Notes under the pieces: model-generated
What the model was told of the DNA's origin: nothing
What the model saw: the letters and a program-made list of their open reading frames with translations, nothing else
The model's database searches: none
Position numbers and translations under genes: made by a program
Shown here: piece by piece, positions 25,300-27,348 of the stretch
Layout of the letters: every line of letters begins with the position of its first letter
Numbering within the stretch: the stretch's first letter is position 1
Assembly: GCF_000181795.1 (NCBI RefSeq)
Contig: NW_003526945.1
Location: forward strand, 4,880,393 to 4,907,740
Source: Trichinella spiralis
Taxonomy: Eukaryota
Reading direction: 5' to 3'
Length of the DNA stretch: 27,348 nt

Positions 25300-25698
25300 A
25301 CCAAATTGACTAGGGAGAATACCGAAAAATGAACACGTCATGTAATCAGCGAAAATCTACTTATCGGATATTTATTATCCATCTCATCACACCTATTATA
25401 TTGATAATTCATGTTTTATGATGAAAATTGTTTTATCGAAAATGACAGTATTTCCAAAAATTAATTATGAATATTTGTTCACATTAATTATATTATTGAA
25501 AATAAATTCATTTATAATAAAGTAACATAAAGTAGTGTTTTACTTATTTTCATGCGCATAAGCAACGCTGAATACTGGAAATTGATAAATTATTTCTACA
25601 GTAAATAATGATATACAACTGAATTATTTGATGCAATTTTCTGCTGATTATTTGTACTGTAATGTTGCTTTTTAATTTCCACTGCACGCGTGGGCGGT

Positions 25699-25712
25699 GT
25701 TGCCATGGCGAC
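25699..25712. promoter_or_regulatory. RFX/DAF-19 X-box-like motif GTTGCCATGGCGAC
   Basis: Near-palindromic; fits the nematode X-box consensus RTHNYYWTRRNRAC. The paralogous site after copy 1 reads GTTGTTATGGTGTC. Confidence 0.4.
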
Positions 25713-26891
25713 GCAACTTTTAGTCGATTAAAAGTAAACGGCCTGCCAATTTTCCGATCTTTTTCTCTGCGTAGACAAAATTTTCGTTGTTCACCAAAGT
25801 GCAATCTATACTTCCTTTTGCCACAAATTTGAACAGATAACACCAACCTCCGAGTGCTGCAAAACCGGTTTCGCAATGTCTCAATGTTATTGATTTTATC
25901 TTTGATTATAAATCAGCATTTGCATAAAAATGATAAAAATCATAATTAGAAATATGACTTGGTTGTTGTTAAATTCAAAAAAAAATCCTTTCATCGTTGT
26001 TTCAAATATGTAAAAATATTGATATTATTGTCACTGTTGAAGTTGTTTATAATTGAAGCGAATGCTCAATGACGGTTACTGTAGATTGCAAAAAAAGTGA
26101 AAATAATTCGAATCAAAAATTCAAAATGTGTCACGTAGAAAGTGAAAACAATTTTGTTTTATATCAGTGCGCTCATAAAAGACACAATCCTCATGGTAAC
26201 TGAAAGTATTCTCAGCGTTGGACAATACTGATATGTTTTTTATGCAAATTTATCAACCACTATTCTTTCTGTTTGGAAAGTTCATTTATAAATGTTTTTT
26301 CACTATCAGAAGTGACTTTCACTATACTTCACATCCTTGCCATCATGTAACTGTTTTCACATTAGCTGGTAACAAATTAAATTCCCAAAATACACCCGTT
26401 AACCTCGAAGAATCATTGTTGGCAAAAAATTATCGGTTACGAAGGAACGACGCTCAATGACACGTTCAAAAATTAGTAATATACCACAAAGCATAACCAG
26501 CTAGCTAACAGTATTTAGAACCATCTCTCAAAGAAATACCGTTAATTTGCGGCACGGGAAATTGAGAAATAATAAAATAATTTTAAATATGACTAGATAT
26601 AAAATCATTCGACCGATCTCATTTTTTGCATTTATGAAAATCAGGGACGCAAATAGAAAAACAAAACAATAGTAATGCTAACAGCCATCAAGTAAATGAT
26701 AACTATATTTTCTTGAATAATATTGATGAATAAATTTTTGATAATGAATATGTTTCAGATACAACAAAATTAATAAAATCAAGATAAATGTTAAAAATTA
26801 AAAAACACATTTATATGAATGTCGATTAAAAAACCTTGATTGTTTAATAGCAATACGGTAACTGTAAAGTAAATAACATTCATTGTGAAGT

Positions 26892-26946
26892 CACTTTAAG
26901 CGAAATAAAGGTATATATAAGACTGGTTTAAATTTTTATTTCATTC
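26892..26946 (+). promoter_or_regulatory. Core promoter of family copy 3
   Basis: CACTTTAAGC; TATATATA at 26912; TCATTC with its A at 26943 (31 bp). Confidence 0.65.
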
Positions 26947-27001
26947 TTCAAAAATTCGGTTGTTGTACGCAGAAACCGCAGGAGCAGAAATTTTTGTTAG
27001 C

Positions 27002-27346
27002 ATGTTAAACCCGGATTTCGAAAGGTTTGACTCGTTCGTGTGTAGCTGGAACTCCTGTCAAAAACTGTGGTTTATTCTTGTTGATGATGGCAAATATCTA
27101 GATTCACGCCTTGGTCTAGGTAACCATTAATACCGTAATGAACCTTCTTATAAAAGAACGATATTTACCCAAGTCCACTTTTAGAGGAAAAGAAGCCTGA
27201 CTCATCAAGTGGCCCGTCATTGGCAAGCATAGAATCCAAATCACGATTAATGGGCCTGGCATCAAGGAATGCGCACCATAATATCACCAATGTAATTTCC
27301 GCCCCAAATTTCAAGTGTATTACGGCAGCTGCCGGATTTATTAGAG
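27002..27346 (+). CDS. Tandem family copy 3 (5' part only, truncated by the window end)
   Basis: Exons 27002-27119 (MLNPDFERFDSFVCSWNSCQKLWFILVDDGK...) and 27185-27346 (162 bp; ...ITNVISAPNFKCITAAAGFIRG). A GT donor follows at 27347. Confidence 0.8.
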
Positions 27347-27348
27347 GT

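Noticed and set aside
25550..25876. 108-aa minus-strand ORF in the duplicated spacer
   Set aside because: No ATG start, no motif, and the paralogous sequence after copy 1 has several stops in the same frame.
26590..26612. TGACTAGAT, a miR-279/miR-44-like seed
   Set aside because: The rest does not match and there is no complementary arm for a precursor hairpin.
1..27348. CRISPR arrays, prokaryotic defence systems, rRNA/tRNA, autonomous transposase or reverse transcriptase
   Set aside because: The window is intron-containing eukaryotic DNA; no repeat-spacer array, RNA-gene signature or transposon ORF was seen.

Overview
AT-rich eukaryotic genomic DNA with short GT-AG introns (about 55-70 bp, often TTTCAG-like acceptors). 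It is most consistent with a nematode, possibly a clade I worm such as Trichinella (inference). The first ~9.6 kb is gene-poor, with microsatellites and a few GC-richer islands. The minus strand then carries three spliced genes, assembled by hand: a small secreted WAP-like + CC/WR1-type cysteine-rich protein (9669-10112), a coiled-coil protein with a HAUS3 (augmin)-like N-terminus (11314-13520), and an 18-exon tbc-2/TBC1D2-type PH + coiled-coil + TBC RabGAP (13774-20958). The 3-kb penultimate intron of tbc-2 contains an opposite-strand orphan gene. The right end is a tandem array of at least three paralogs (ATGs at 21939, 24351, 27002). They resemble the Sts/UBASH3-type histidine-phosphatase fold but lack the catalytic histidines; their introns, promoters and flanks stay alignable while the proteins are strongly diverged. 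A hairpin insertion with a 17-bp flanking duplication and an X-box-like motif lie in the array spacers. All homology calls are by eye from remembered family motifs; no searches were run.
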